A stretch of DNA of 64,000 nucleotides. Source: Eledone cirrhosa. Taxonomy: Eukaryota. The DNA lies in assembly GCA_964016885.1 (NCBI GenBank), contig OZ024747.1, positions 49,104,001 through 49,168,000 on the forward strand, written 5' to 3'. The position numbers were made by a program, and so were the translations under genes. Under the pieces are notes generated by a model that was not told the DNA's origin, did no database searches, and worked only from the letters and a program-made list of their open reading frames with translations. This document shows, in pieces, positions 1 to 17,052 of the stretch. Each line of letters begins with the position of its first letter. Positions within the stretch are counted from its first letter, which is position 1.

Positions 1-24
1 GTGTCCAACGTAATATTGACGTTT

Positions 25-1454
<1,430 letters not shown>

Positions 1455-1494
1455 CCACCTCACTCCTTCTCGGAGTTCCCCCCCCCCTCCCACT

Positions 1495-1528
1495 CTCTTG
1501 ATGAAGTTCTTATGCCCGAAACGTCGCA
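1495..1528 (+). ncRNA. Degenerate minimal hammerhead ribozyme
   Basis: TTGATGA-agttcttatgccc-GAAA-cg-TC; stems I and II eroded. Confidence 0.4.
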
Positions 1529-1671
1529 ACCACACCCCTCACTCTCACCAAGCGGGAAACTAATAATATTTGTAACATTTACTCGTTTGCTTTTTGTTTT
1601 CTGTTATTCCGAACTCCATATCAAATTAAGAGTAGTTAAGACAGAGTTATTTCACCATAATAGCTTTATTG

Positions 1672-1720
1672 CATGATATATATTTCTGTTATATGGTTAT
1701 GCATGTGACTTCATCAGATG
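1672..1720 (-). ncRNA. Type I hammerhead ribozyme, stem II eroded
   Basis: Minus strand: cat-CTGATGA-(24 nt)-GAAA-tatata-TC-atg, then AATAAA. Confidence 0.65.
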
Positions 1721-2345
1721 TTTATATAATCATAGGTGTGGTTACGCAAGCATGGAGATATGACTCTGGTCATGTGACATCATTTCACAGTTGGCAATAA
1801 TGTGGCTAACATCTTCGATCTTTGTTTTGCACAACCTACATTTATTGTCAACTAAGGACTTTCCTCTGTAGTGCAGTAGGTATTTGGTAGGGAGGTCTTG
1901 TTTCTAGATTGCAGGGAGGTATCCTTCAAGGTGGGATCTTATTAATGGATCTTTTAACAATGTTGTTACTTTCATGTTTGGATGACACAGTTGCTGACTA
2001 TTTTCTTTTGTTGAAGATGTTGCTTCGTTGTCACTATTCGGGTCTCGTACGATGATAATATGGATTTTAAGCCTCGGCCAACACCATCACCCCCTTCGAG
2101 GGGAAATATAGTTTAGCCACATCACCAATGAAGCAGAGCTGCTTGTGACTCCTTATATCCACCTCGTTCAGGTCTTGCAATGACCAGTTCAGCAGGTAAA
2201 ATGTTGGTGTTAGGATGGGTACAATACAAGTATTACTTGTTATACGCAGAGAGCTCTCATGACTCTATTCGCTCTTGAGATGTTCATTCTTAGTCCTCTC
2301 CTTATTTAGGGATCCATCGTGTAGCCGTCCTCTGATCGTAGAGGT
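1721..2345 (-). mobile_element. Decayed Penelope-like element 3' region
   Basis: Broken coding-like sequence directly upstream of an HHR on the same strand; no intact motif read. Confidence 0.35.
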
Positions 2346-2743
2346 TATGTCACCAAGCCGTTCATTTTAGATGAGTCCAAATGAATGTTCAAATGAGTCC
2401 AAATGAATGTTTCAAACGTAGAAATATTGTGCCCAAAGAAGGGCACAATATTTCTACGTTTTATTATATAAAACATTCATTTGGACTCACCAAATTTCAT
2501 TTCAATGTCTGTAGAAATTTGGGAAATAAAGTTCAATTACTTTTTCATGTAGTTGATACTTGACCTATACGACTTTAGGTTGCCAACAAAGAATATATAA
2601 CTAACAAATAGTTTATCGATCTACGTGGCTGAATGTAATCTGAGTTTCTCGAATATTTATAATATTCGATTCGTTTGCAATTATGCAAACAGCCTCTTTA
2701 AAGCCATGTCAGTAGAATGACCCGTGTTGGCATGGAAACAGAA

Positions 2744-2788
2744 CTGTAGACACTAACGTTTCTGGGTGATTACCCTTCATCAGTACAG
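2744..2788 (-). ncRNA. Type I hammerhead ribozyme in a short cassette (about 2636-2930)
   Basis: ctgta-CTGATGA-a-gggt-aatc-accc-a-GAAA-cgttagtg-TC-tacag; homologous cassette at 16918-17100. Confidence 0.85.
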
Positions 2789-3199
2789 TATACTGCCAGT
2801 CTGCTAATATGCAAATCAGGTCGATCAGTCAATGTATATTTTAGAAAATATCATATATTTTCACTAATTCTGACAGTTGACATTTTAAAATATACAGTGA
2901 TTTGCATATTGTCAGACTGTCTGTCTGTATGTATGTATGTATGTATGTATGTATGTATGTATGTATGTATGTATGAATGTTCTTTTTGTTTTATAATTGA
3001 CAATTTTTTGCCAATAGAGAGAGAGAGTCGGTTTCTAACATAGATACAAGACTCTCTCATTGGAATTTACACATCAACTAGGTAGATATGTATGCATGTC
3101 TGCATGCATGTGTGTGCAGGTATACATATTTTTGTATGTGTGGATGTTTTGAGTTGTATTTGTGCAAGTGCATATGCTTTGTATCTGTACATTTGTACA

Positions 3200-5016
3200 T
3201 GGAGTTATCCGATGCAGAATATTTGGAATGTTTTACATATTTTTACTGTTCCATTAATGGATTGTACTTGTAATTTCCTAAGTAGTCATGGTCTTTCTGT
3301 TCCTGTGAAGCCTAGCTTCTCAAGATTTGTACTGAGGCAGTTAATAACATATCGCAGTGCCCCAATAATCACAGGTATAAATCTGGAGGTATAGTCAGGG
3401 TGGAGTATATGTAGATTTCTCATTAGTTCTGTATAGATAGTCTCCTTTTCGCTAATTTTTAATATTATATTGGCATCTGCTGGGCAGCTAACTTCCACTA
3501 CTGTGTATACCTTCTTTTCCCAATCCCATATCATTATATTTGGTCTGTTATGCCTGCATTTTATTGGGGTTTTGACTGAAACATTCCACCAGTAAATCTT
3601 TCATATTATGTATGTGTATGTCTTCCACATTGCTCTAGCGTTTGGCTACTGCATCATGTCTCATAGGTAGATAGTACCGTGGTGACATCTTTGGACAGCT
3701 GTTTATAAGATGAGTAATATCTTCGGTGTTAATTCTGCAGAGTCTGCACTTGTTATCACATCCAGGTGTTTTGCCTGCACCCCTATCTCTTTCATGAATC
3801 AGGTATTTTGTGTTGATTTCCTGTTCTTGGATCGCAAAATCGTATCCTTCAAAGTGGCAGCCAATACAGCGGTTGTTGGTCCAAGATAGACTACTTTACT
3901 TATCTATATTACTCTCACTCTGGAGCTTCCTGGCAACATATCCATACATGTTGTTTTGCTGATAAGCATGCAGGTTTTCATCCATGGATTCACTGCCGTA
4001 CTGATAGGCAATACCCTGGGTGTGAGTTTTTAATTATCATGGAGGGAGTATCTCTCAAGGAGCTCCTTCCCAACTCTCATGATCTTATCTGTCTCATGCA
4101 GACAGACTTGCTCAATAGATGGGCTCCTACGCTTCAACTATAATTATCCCAGTGCATTACTGGTACTTTATTTTATTGAAACCGTAAGGATGAAAGGCAA
4201 AGCTAAACTTGGCAGGATTTTAAATTAGAACGTAAAGGGCCATAACTCTATGCTACAAAGCAAGGTGTCTGACGCTCTACCGATTCTGCCAATCCACCGC
4301 CCTGATAATAATGTCTGGAGGGCCTCTATCATCCAAGAGTGATTTCCTGTAGTCCAGCCAGACTGTAGCCATAATCCTCCTAAGTTGTCGCACCTCCAAC
4401 ATCGCAGTTTTGTTGATTAGGAGTTGTTCACCACACCCTAAACCCCTTTCTTTCCTGTTCATCTGTGATGTTATTATTTTCACAGTGATCTTGGAGGAAT
4501 AAGTTCAGGCAGGTGGTATACAACTTATACATCAGGTTCTGGCATGCAATGGGTCGGTAGTTTTTTTGCCAAGAGGGTGTCTTTGTTCTTGGGGACCAGT
4601 AATGTTTGTGCTAATGTTTGTGCATTCTGGTATAAGTGTGTTTCCCTTGAGAACTTGTTGGTAGAGATCGATAAGATACCTCCGATAGAATATCAGTATT
4701 TTTTAACCAGTCGCCCGACTATCATGTCTATTCCTGGTGTTTTCTTATCTTGGTGTTTTCCTATCACAGTCTCAAGGGTATCCTCATTTATTTCGTATGT
4801 TTTTGTTGTAGTGTAGGAGCAAGAGTTCTTTTGGATTTCTTTTAGCCACACTGCATCTTGGTTGAAATTCTTCTTTTCACTCCATATTTTTCTCCAGAAG
4901 GAATCTATGTCTTTCTGGGATGAGGCTTCACTGACATTTATTACTTTGCCCTTCATATCTCTATAGACTGATTGTATCTTTAAGGAACGAAATACTTTTT
5001 TTATAGAAATCATCAT
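3200..5016 (-). mobile_element. Decayed RLE-type (R4/Dong-like) non-LTR retrotransposon, internally deleted, with a SINE inside
   Basis: FWRKIW, KTPGID, GCGEQLLIN, VWLDYRK (RT); CRLC..RH and VEVSCP..IPVIIGAL (restriction-like endonuclease). Confidence 0.85.
4140..4303 (-). mobile_element. tRNA-derived SINE, family A
   Basis: Aligns with 54931-55115 (GCCTTTCATCCTTAC..ATAAAATAAAGTACCAG core). Confidence 0.9.
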
Positions 5017-5019
5017 AGT

Positions 5020-5180
5020 GGATCATCTCTCGAGCATTATCGTAAAATATTCGGTGAACTGCAGCCAGAAGTCCGTCGCATGTTTCCAAATGTTGAGCGA
5101 TTGCTCAGGCTACTTTTAGTGTTTTCAACCAGTTCTTGTGAACCTGAAAGTTCTTTTTTTTTCCACCTGGGATTAAAAGA
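5020..5180 (+). pseudogene. hAT transposase C-terminal dimerisation-domain fragment
   Basis: Manual translation RKIFGELQPEVRRMFPNVERLLRLLLVFSTSSCEPESSF resembles the hAT FPN..L....SS.E.ERSFS motif. Confidence 0.7.
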
Positions 5181-5189
5181 AAACCCAGT

Positions 5190-6380
5190 TGTTGTCACAA
5201 CACCTTTCTGGGAGTGGGAAACTTTGGGAAAATAACTGCGGTTCTCTGGTCAGTGTGTATTCTCTTACTGTGTGTGCTAGTGAGGATGAAAAACTAGCTT
5301 TCTGCATGTCTCTGAAAGAGGTCATCCATAGTATACCTTATGCAGACGAGATTCTCATCATTGGTGATTTTAATGCACGTGTTGGCAGAGGCACTGTTGG
5401 CATGGTCTTTTCGACCCAATAACTTCAAGAGAAATTCATTGAGCAGTGCATGGAATTATACCAAGTTTTTGTCCATCTGACCAAGGCATTTGACAACGTA
5501 AATCGGAAGGCTTTGTGGGTTATTTTGGAAAACACGAGGAATCAGAATACAGACGAAGGTGAGAGTGAATGCATGTGTAGTGTCAGCTTTGCTGTATGAG
5601 TGTGAGACATGGGTTGCCTACAAACGGCATATACAAAGACTGGAACGATTTCACCAGCAGTGTCTCAGAAAGATGTTCGGTATCAAGTGGCAGGTGCATG
5701 TGAATGATGTTGAGGTTCTTGAGAAAAGTGAGTGTCGGAGCATTGAGAGTATCATCCACCAACGGCGTTTGCGATAGACCGGACACTTCTGCAGAATGGG
5801 GGATAATCGAATCCCAAAACAACTCTTGTATGGCGAGCTTTGTGAGGGTAAGAGACCACCTCACAAACCAAACCTCCGATTCAAGGATTGTGTAAAGGAC
5901 TCATTGATAAAAACTGGTTTGATGGTGGCTGACTGGGAGATAGAACCTCTTGAAAGAGAAACTTGGCGTGGAATAGTGTATGATGAGGTCCATAAGGGTC
6001 CATTGAGGATAGACGCATAGAGCACGAGAAGATCAAACGGGATCTGCGTAAGCAATGCCCTGGTGTATCTCTCGAAACGATCGGTGTCTCCATTGAATTG
6101 AAGTGCCCTGAGTGGGGAAAAATTTCCTTGATCTGGTCTCAGGAGCCACAGTAGCAGCCATGTTCAAAGAGAGCCAGTGAACTATGATCTCCATGGTATT
6201 GTGAAGGTTCACAGGCAACCTGATGCAAGACCTGGGGCCAGGGAGATACATAGTTGTCGTCAATGTGCGAAGGAGTGCAAGTCTCTAGCAGGCTTGAAAA
6301 GCCATATCCGAGCGTCACATATCTGAATCTGACAAGCGATTGCAATCTCTCAGCAGAGTTTGCAGCCATCATGTATGTAT
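5190..6380 (+). mobile_element. Heavily deleted RTE-clade LINE with C-terminal C2H2-like motifs
   Basis: IIGDFNARVG (APE), LTKAFDNVNR (RT), LLYECETW, RIPKQLLYGEL, CRQCAKECKSLAGLKSHIR; ends GCAGCCATC(ATGT)n. Confidence 0.85.
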
Positions 6381-6384
6381 GGTC

Positions 6385-6720
6385 CTGATAGAGTCGTAGA
6401 CATGGGTTGCCACTGGGTGTGGAGTACCCTAGCTTTTGTCAGGGCATTCCTCTTGGAGAAGGCAACTCAGGAAACTGGGATAACTCCGACATAAAACCTG
6501 CGGTTCAGTAGTTACCTATGATGTTGATCTTTTCTTCTTTTCGGGTTATAGCTACTAACGCTCAGAGAGTGGGATTGGCTCAGTGCACAGTCTTTCCTCA
6601 CTTTAAAAAAATCTTCACGCAGAGGCATTGCACGATAGCATTAATTGATAATTATTAATAATGTTATATCATGCAATAGCCATACTCAATATCGAGGGGG
6701 CAGCCATCATGTATATATGT
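6385..6720 (+). mobile_element. RTE-related non-autonomous element
   Basis: Ends in the same GCAGCCATCATGTAT terminus as the adjacent RTE; 5' part resembles an RTE 5'UTR (recall only). Confidence 0.45.
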
Positions 6721-6799
6721 ACGTTTTTCTTTCTCCTAATTTCGAGTACATTTTTGACCAGCCACCTTCCTGGTGGCAAGGTTGTAAAAGAAAAGAAAT

Positions 6800-7262
6800 T
6801 GTCATCCTTTGAATCGTAAGCATGTTTTACAAATTTTGAAGGTGCCAGCTATCGCAGTCTATGAATCAAGGAGCTGTGCGCTTTGCCCACAAATCCAAGT
6901 TCAGTCATACTTTGGTCCAAGCGGGTTGGTATATAACCTGTAGCTCCAATAATGATGGGTATGAAGCTGGAGGTGTATCTTGGATACTGGATTTGTAAAC
7001 TCCTCATCTATGGTCCGTAGATGCCCTCCTTCTCCTGTATTTTTCTTACACCGTTGACATCAAGTGGGAAACTGATCTCTACAACAGAGCACGTTTTCAA
7101 TGTGTGGTCCCAAACAACAATATCAGGCCAGTTGTACTTTAATTCGGCGGCAGTTTTTATTTTCAGGTTCCACCAGTATTCCTTAGTGCCATCTATCTCA
7201 ACATATTCATCCTCATTTGTTTTTATGCATTTTGGGGCTATATTCGTAATGGTAGAGTAAGA
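6800..7262 (-). mobile_element. RLE-type (R4/Dong-like) LINE 3' fragment
   Basis: EYWWNL.IKT, PDIVVWD, VEISFP, FIPIIIGATG on the minus strand; paralogous to 3200-3600. Confidence 0.75.
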
Positions 7263-7367
7263 GAGCTTGACTGTATGTCTATTAAAAATGGAGTGATACT
7301 TATGGGACTTAGGAAAAATTTCCTAGGTCCCATAAGTATATAATAGATAAATGTTATAAATTCCTCT

Positions 7368-7455
7368 AGTCCCGACTGTCGACAGTTTCACTCGTACTTA
7401 GTGGAAATGTCTAATAGTTGCAGTATCCACGAGGCTTCGAGCTTATCAAGAGACT
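7368..7455 (-). ncRNA. Type I hammerhead ribozyme, U3-A8 core variant, extended stem II
   Basis: agtctc-TTGATAA-gctcg-(insert)-cgagt-GAAA-ctgtcgacag-TC-gggact. Confidence 0.8.
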
Positions 7456-7579
7456 CCCTCAGATAGAAAGCAAATTTCCAAAGTGATCGCTGTTAGTAAC
7501 GAATTCAAAAGGGGTGAAAATCATCACGTAGCTAGAATTGTTGTGATGGGTAGACCGGTGGCAAGTAATACACACACAC

Positions 7580-7614
<35 letters not shown>

Positions 7615-7774
7615 AGGAGGTTATAGTTCACTTGAAGCATTGTGTAATGAGGTATAAACGTTTGAATATGTATAATAAAGCCAAAACAATGCAGGTATGG
7701 ACATAGAAAAAAGAATGCAATTGCAAAAGATATTGTTGACAATTCGTCTTTTACCTTAGATTTATTTTAAACGT

Positions 7775-7809
7775 CCTTAATTTTCGAGATAATATCTCTT
7801 CTTCAGAGG
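7775..7809 (-). ncRNA. Minimal type I hammerhead ribozyme
   Basis: cct-CTGAAGA-a-gagat-att-atctc-GAAA-at-TA-agg. Confidence 0.75.
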
Positions 7810-8039
7810 GAAATAAAGGTCTCAAACCAGCCTTCTAAATATCTTGCCAAGCCATGCTGACAGGAAATAGTATAGAGTATCTGTTCTATCTCTAATGTCA
7901 AAGAGTTAAAATTAGGTGGATAAAGAGTAGTCTCCCTTTAAAAGGGGTTTGTTTAGGTTTTTTTTATATACATGCCTGTTTAAGTGTGTGGGAGAATGCA
8001 TGAAGGTGTAAGTATGTGAGTGTGTGTGTGTGTGAGTGT

Positions 8040-10037
<1,998 letters not shown>

Positions 10038-10099
10038 ACCTAACTCGTCCCACGGACTGAGTGCTCTACCACTACGGATATTACCTGCCAGTGTTCTAC

Positions 10100-10189
<90 letters not shown>

Positions 10190-10273
10190 GAAAATGTTTA
10201 ACCCCGATGGCAGAGCTCAAGCCGTTTCGACGGCTATTTCTGGACCATCTGGTTCCTTACCACACCTCCTTCG

Positions 10274-10324
<51 letters not shown>

Positions 10325-10459
10325 TTTTTTTTAACGATCGACTTTCCACACATACAAATCACTCGCATCACACAGAAAACGTAGACGACACTAAAACAAA
10401 AATTCCCCTAAGACATCGGAGACTTCCGACAAGCACTCTCCAGGAGGATTTATAAGGAC

Positions 10460-13400
10460 ATCCTTCGCACTGATCTTCGGCGGCTACGATGTGTACGCAT
10501 CTCCCAGCCGTCCTGGATCGGGGGGAGGAGTTGCTGTGCTTTTTCGGAGAGGTTTGGATCTCGCCATACGGGCCATCTTCCTGGACCCAGAAGGTAAGTT
10601 GGTGGTGCTGGACGTGACCAGCAGAGACGGGCAAGCTTTCAGGCTAGTGGCCGTCTATGCCCCGACAGGAGTAGGGCGGCCTGATTTCTTCCGGCGTCTG
10701 GAGACCTTTCTTGGAACGTGCCGCTTTTTAGTGTTAGTGGGCGACTGGAACGGGATTCTAGATGCACGCTGGGACTGAGTGGGATTAGCGGATAGGAGAG
10801 GAGGGTGCAAGAGCCTCACCAACCTGCTCAGGCGTTTTGAACTGTCTGACAGGTACCGATTGGATTTCCCGAATGTGCCAATGTGGACTTGGACAAATCG
10901 CACAGGGTCATCCAGATCATATCTAGATAGAGTATTTTGTAGGGAAACAGATAGGTCTAGCATAGGCTGTCCACAATTCAAGATAGTCAGCTACACGGAC
11001 CACAAATTCGTGATCTGTGTGCTTGACTTGGATAGGCTTCATAGACGAGGACCCGGCTACTGGAAGCTAAACGCGTCCTTCCTTACCAGCGCACAAGGCC
11101 TACAGAGACCGGATTAGCGAACTAGTTAAGCGGGCGTTGACGGGGGCCATCGTCAACAACAAGTGGTGGTTTGCTCTGAAAAGAGCGATTAGAATAGAGT
11201 CCATTAGGTTTAGTAAGGCTTTAGCAATCGAGAAAAATAGAGCAGAGGGAGAACTAGTTAGAAAATTAGACGAGGCGCTTAGCAAAGGCATCGCGACCGA
11301 CGTATTTGCGGCGAAATTGGCCTTTGACCAATTCTTCAATGCAAAGCACGAAGGCTGCGTTGTCAGAGCTAGGGTGCGAGCTCTCAGACACGAGGGGACG
11401 AAAGCCGTTCAATGGGCCCGAGTGGCGGAGGCGCGTCGTGGCAATAAAGCCACGATCCGGTCTTTGGTGGACCACGACGGGCGCATGCTACTCGATCCCG
11501 GGCAAATGTGTGAAGCTTTTCAGCGACACTTCGCACAGCTGTTCGGGGGCAGCGGCGGGCCGGATAGAGGGATGGACTTTAGTGTCTACCTCGACAGAGT
11601 GCCGCGGCTCTCGGCCACTGAGGCGGAGTGTTACGAAAAGCCGGTAACAGCCTCTGAAGTTCGGGAGGCAATGACTGGCTGCAGAAAGGGTAAATCGCCT
11701 GGTTTGGATGGTCTGCCCTATGAACTTTACGTACAGATGCCAGACTTGTTAGGAGGCCTTTTGGCGGACGTCTACTGCAACTGGCAGCAGAACGGGATAA
11801 TTCCCAGCTCTGTGAGCCGAGGAGCTGTGGCACTGCTGAGAAAGGATCCGAACATGGGGGATAACATAGATAATTTCAGGCCCATAACTCTGCTAAACAC
11901 AGAGTTCAAGATTTTGGCCAAGGTGCTAGCAAAGAGGTTGCGCTTGTCGTTGGTGGTCTGGTGGGAGAGGCGCAGACATGCCCCATTCCAGACAGATCCA
12001 TCCACGACAACCTCCACCTCATGCGATACATCGTAGAGAGGGTAGCTAGGGAACCTGGCACGGGTGGGTCCTTGATCAATTTAGATCAGTCGAAAGCTTT
12101 CGATAGGGTCGACCATCGTTACCTAGCGGCAGTCCTGAGGGCGGCTGGCTTTGGGCCCGTCTTCAGAGACTGGATCGCTGCCATGCACAGCGACATCTGC
12201 TCTGTGGTGAGAGTGAACGGTCACCTGTCGGAACCGTTCAACATCAAGCGCTCGGTCCGCCAAGGATGTCCCCTCTCGTCCCTCTTGTACGTATTGACTG
12301 TCGAGCCATTACTGCACAACCTGGAGACGTTGAGGGGGATCCTGCGCGAACTAGGATGCGGAATATCCGTGTCAGCATATGCGGACGATGTCACCGTAGT
12401 GGTGTGGAACGCCAAACACATCGAGGCGATCGGTACTACACTAAGAGAATACGAAGCGGTGACAGGAGCAATGATCAACCAGGAAAAGTCAGTGTACCTG
12501 CAGCTCAGCACCTGGAGAGGCAGGACCATGCTGTTCAACAGCGTCGTCGGGCGCTGGACGGACGGACCGGTTAAATTGCTAGGGGTCTGGTTCGGTCCGG
12601 ACCTCCAGACGGACAAAAACTGGGACGAGGTGACGAGCAGGGTGGCTTCTCTCACCCAGAAGTGGGCGGAGAGGAAGCTATCCCTGAAAGGTCGAGTGGA
12701 GGTGGCTAACGCGCACATCGCGTCCGTCATCTACTACCGCCTGACCGTCGTACCTTGTCCTAAGCCCCGCCTGACTGCGCTGGAACGTTTGCTCTTTGCT
12801 TTTTGTGAAAGGGACGCGCTCCGATGGTCAGGCGGTCCATCTGCTGTCAACACCCGCTACGTGGAAGGCTGGGCATGCCGTGGCTGATGATGCGCAGACA
12901 CGCGCTCAGGCTACGACATCTCCATCTCTTCCTCGACGGTGATCAGGTGTGGTCGCCGTTTGCTAGACGCGTCTTTCCCCAGCTCGTCTCCTTGACGGAT
13001 CTGCAGTCCTGGGTCAAGCGAAGACCGAGAGGGAGCGCTTGGAGACTGGAATGTCTTCAGGCGCTCACAGGCCTCGACCAATCGGGCAATGTGATCGGTG
13101 GAAACTCCACCTTGGCGTTTTATAGAGGATTAGTGGAGGGGAAGAGCGACGACGTACTTGGGGAAACTCTAGGCGTCGACGAAAATCAACTAGCCAATCT
13201 CTTCGGAAGAACTTTCGGGCCGGGGTCTATGGACAACTTCCAGAAATCCCTGGCATGGCAGTGCTACCGAGGAGCTTTGCCAGTTCGGGATAAACTCTAC
13301 AGGCATGGAGGTGCCTGGTGGTCAGGGTCACCGTGGCATTTTAATGGGCTTTCTCCACAAATGTCCCTCGGAAGTCTCCCCCCTCCCTATTGGGGAATTT

Positions 13401-13546
13401 TTCATTGTTATTTTTTTGTTACATCCTCTGTTTTTGTTTTTTTACACGCAGAAATGCCCATTTGTACCGTCCTGTATTGTCCTGTATTGTCCTTAATGTC
13501 TACTTTATGTAAACCCTTGTGGTTAATAAAGAAAGCATTATTATTA
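10460..13546 (+). mobile_element. Tx1/L1-group LINE ORF2 (APE plus RT) with frameshifts; C-terminus deleted near 13307; 3'UTR with (ATT)n tail
   Basis: VAVYAP, VGDWN, SYLDR, TDH, YWKLN; KSPGLDGLP, RPITLLN, LDQSKAFDRV, VRQGCPLS, AYADD; ends AATAAAGAAAGC(ATT)n. Confidence 0.95.
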
Positions 13547-13599
13547 AAGGAAGAAAGAAAGAATAAGTATAAGTGGATAAGTTGGAAAGATTGAGTAAG

Positions 13600-13960
13600 T
13601 TAAAGGGGTGGTTGGGAAAGAGAGAGTAAGAGGAAACGTGAGAGTGAATGGGAAAAACGGAGTAAGAGGGAAATAGGAAGAAAGAGGGAAAGAGAGAGTA
13701 AGGGGGAAAGAGAAAGTGAATGGTAAAGAGAGAGTAAGTTGGAAAGAGAGAGTAAGAGAAAAAGAGAGAGAGTAAGTGGAAAAGAGAGAGTAAGAAGGAA
13801 AGGGAGAGTAAGGGGGAAAGAGAAAGAGAGAGAATGAAAGAGGAAGAGGGAGACAGCGAGTAAGAGAGAAAGAGAGAGTAGGTGGAAAAGAGAGAGTAAG
13901 GGGGAAAGAGCGAGTAAGAGAGAAAGAGAGTAAGAGAGAAAAAGAGAGAAAGAGGGAAAA
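13600..13960. repeat. Purine-rich degenerate minisatellite (AAAGAGAGAGTAAG-like)
   Basis: Directly visible. Confidence 0.85.
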
Positions 13961-14104
13961 TTAGAGCTTAAGACATCAAGCTGATTCTCTGTGGAATCCT
14001 GTATCTTTATAATCCGTCTTGTTACCAACACATCTCCTTCACAATCTGTTGTACTTGGCAGTGGATTGTTAACGGAACAATACACATACTCTAGAGCCAA
14101 ATGT

Positions 14105-14170
14105 ATAACACACACACACATATATATATATTACACGCACACATACATACACACACACATACACACAGAC

Positions 14171-14211
<41 letters not shown>

Positions 14212-14235
14212 GACATATATATACACACACACACA

Positions 14236-14289
<54 letters not shown>

Positions 14290-14421
14290 CACATACATAC
14301 ACACAGAATATATATATATATACACATACACATACACACACACAGACATATATATATACACACACATACATACACACAGACATATATATATACACACACA
14401 CACAGACATATATATATACAC

Positions 14422-14491
<70 letters not shown>

Positions 14492-14669
14492 ACATACACA
14501 TACACATACACACAGACATATATATATATACACACACATACACACACAGACATATATATATATACACACACATACACATACACACACACACACATATATA
14601 TACACACACACATAAACACACACATATATATATATATACACACACATACACATACAGACATATATATAT

Positions 14670-14702
<33 letters not shown>

Positions 14703-15068
14703 GACATATATATATATATATATACACACACATACACATGCACCTACACACACGCACACACATGCACCTACAATCACACACAGAGCAGACACACATATAC
14801 GCACGTACACACCTACATTCACACACACACACACACATAGCAGACACACACATTCACACATATACACACATTCACATTCACACTCATACAGCAGATACAT
14901 GCATTCACACATACCCACACATATACACGCTCACGGAGAAGACACAGACACAATCAGGCATATATATAGATATATAGAGATACACAATCATTTATGCACA
15001 AAGAGAGAGGGTGAGAGAGAGAGAGGGAGAGAGAGAGAGAGAGAGGGAGAGAGAGAGGGGGAGAGGGA

Positions 15069-15136
<68 letters not shown>
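14105..15136. repeat. Compound (CA)/(TA)/(GA) microsatellite
   Basis: Directly visible. Confidence 0.95.
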
Positions 15137-15149
15137 AGTTTGAATAATC

Positions 15150-15263
15150 AACTCCAGTGATGAACTGCTACTTCATTTATCGACCTCGAAAGAATGAAAG
15201 ACAAAGATGAGCTCGGCGGGATTTGAACTCTCGACAAAGAGAGCACACTCTACCCGACGCTCT
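15150..15263 (-). mobile_element. SINE family A, old partial copy
   Basis: TTTATCGACCTCGAAAGAATGAAAG..GGATTTGAACTC core. Confidence 0.7.
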
Positions 15264-15465
15264 GAAAAATATATTTAACATAACACGTAACAACATGGCA
15301 CGTAACAACATGGCACGTAACAACAAATTAAAATGAAACTTTGAAAGGCTAATCACAGCAAAACCCAGTTAGTATAAAAACTAATTAGATAATCGAGGAT
15401 ATTTCTGAAAACCTATCTATATTTTCTTTTCCAAGAAATTATAATTTATTCTGTATGAACTATTT

Positions 15466-15496
<31 letters not shown>

Positions 15497-15734
15497 GTGT
15501 GTGTGTTGTTGTTGTTGTGTGTGTGTGTGTGTGTGTCTGTGTCTGTGTGTCTGTGTCTGTGTAAATATAAAACAAACATTAGTTGCATCTTCAAATTTTT
15601 ATTTTCCTTATATAACGTGATTTGCTTGTACATTCACCTCTCGATTCCTATAGCTCTCTTATGGTCAGAAACATACTTTTACAACTAATACAGACCAACA
15701 AAATATGCACACACCACTTTTCCTTTCACAGCTC

Positions 15735-15813
<79 letters not shown>

Positions 15814-16170
15814 ATATTAACATACTTTTGCTCATAGCTTCATACTTAAATGCATACACAAATCTTTTACTTACATATACACACACATATCTTCTTAGCT
15901 TCGACCGGACGTATAACACACACACACGCGCATACGCACGCGCACGAGTATAGCTCTATACAAAACGTTTTTTTTTTTTCCTTTCAGGTAGACGCACTAC
16001 ATCATCCACTTTTCTATAAAAGTATATCATGCACAAAACGCCAGCATCAACAGTTTTCCAAGAGATGTCAACTTGAATGGACCTTTTATTTTTATCCTGT
16101 AATTTTTATTAAGACATTTTTTCCAATTCCACCCAGCCCGTCCTTCAATCTATCTTATTTCTCATTCTTT

Positions 16171-16203
16171 CTTCTGATGAAGGACTAGCGTCCGAAACTT
16201 AAG
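16171..16203 (+). ncRNA. Minimal type I hammerhead ribozyme, 1-nt loss in stem III
   Basis: ctt-CTGATGA-a-ggac-tagc-gtcc-GAAA-c-TT-aag. Confidence 0.75.
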
Positions 16204-16299
16204 ACACTCTTCCTGCTATTTCAAGCGTTAACCTAATATATTACTTCCATACACTGTACTGATTGTGTTGTTATTTCTGCTCTTTACCTTTTGCATACT

Positions 16300-16371
<72 letters not shown>

Positions 16372-16373
<2 letters not shown>

Positions 16374-16758
16374 AAGTTATATTTAAAATTGTTGGGTTAC
16401 AACTAGTAAATATTTATAACTGATATAAAAGCACTCGACAAATACTTGGAGTATATTTACAATATTAAATAAATGGAAAACTATATTTATAAAACCATAT
16501 TTATTTCATTATATATATTTCGGGGATATCATATTAACAATATGCTATGCCTTCATCAGACAAAATACAATATAAACAGTTTTATAGATAAATATATTCG
16601 ACATACCGTAATAAACATCAACTTCATTTGAAGAGGTTTACTGCTAGAGTAAACCTCTTCAAATGAAGTTGATGTTTATTACGGTATGTCGAATATATTA
16701 TATATAATGAAATAAATATGGTTTTATAAATATAGTTTTCCATTTATTTAATATTGTA
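16372..16758. mobile_element. Fold-back HHR cassette between (TA)n tracts; HHR at 16503-16566 (-)
   Basis: Inner arms 16591-16642/16648-16699; outer arms 16458-16518/about 16695-16758; attttgt-CTGATGA-long stem II-GAAA-tatata-TA-atgaaat; same family as 45691-46032. Confidence 0.92.
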
Positions 16759-16781
16759 TATATATATATATATATGTATGC

Positions 16782-16919
<138 letters not shown>

Positions 16920-17052
16920 GTAGATCTTAGTTTTTCGAATATTAATAATAATATTAGATTTGTTTGCAATAATGCAAACAGCCTCATTTTTAAAGCCATT
17001 GTCAGTAGAATGATCCCCTTATTATTGCTCTTGTGTTGGCATGTAAACAGAA

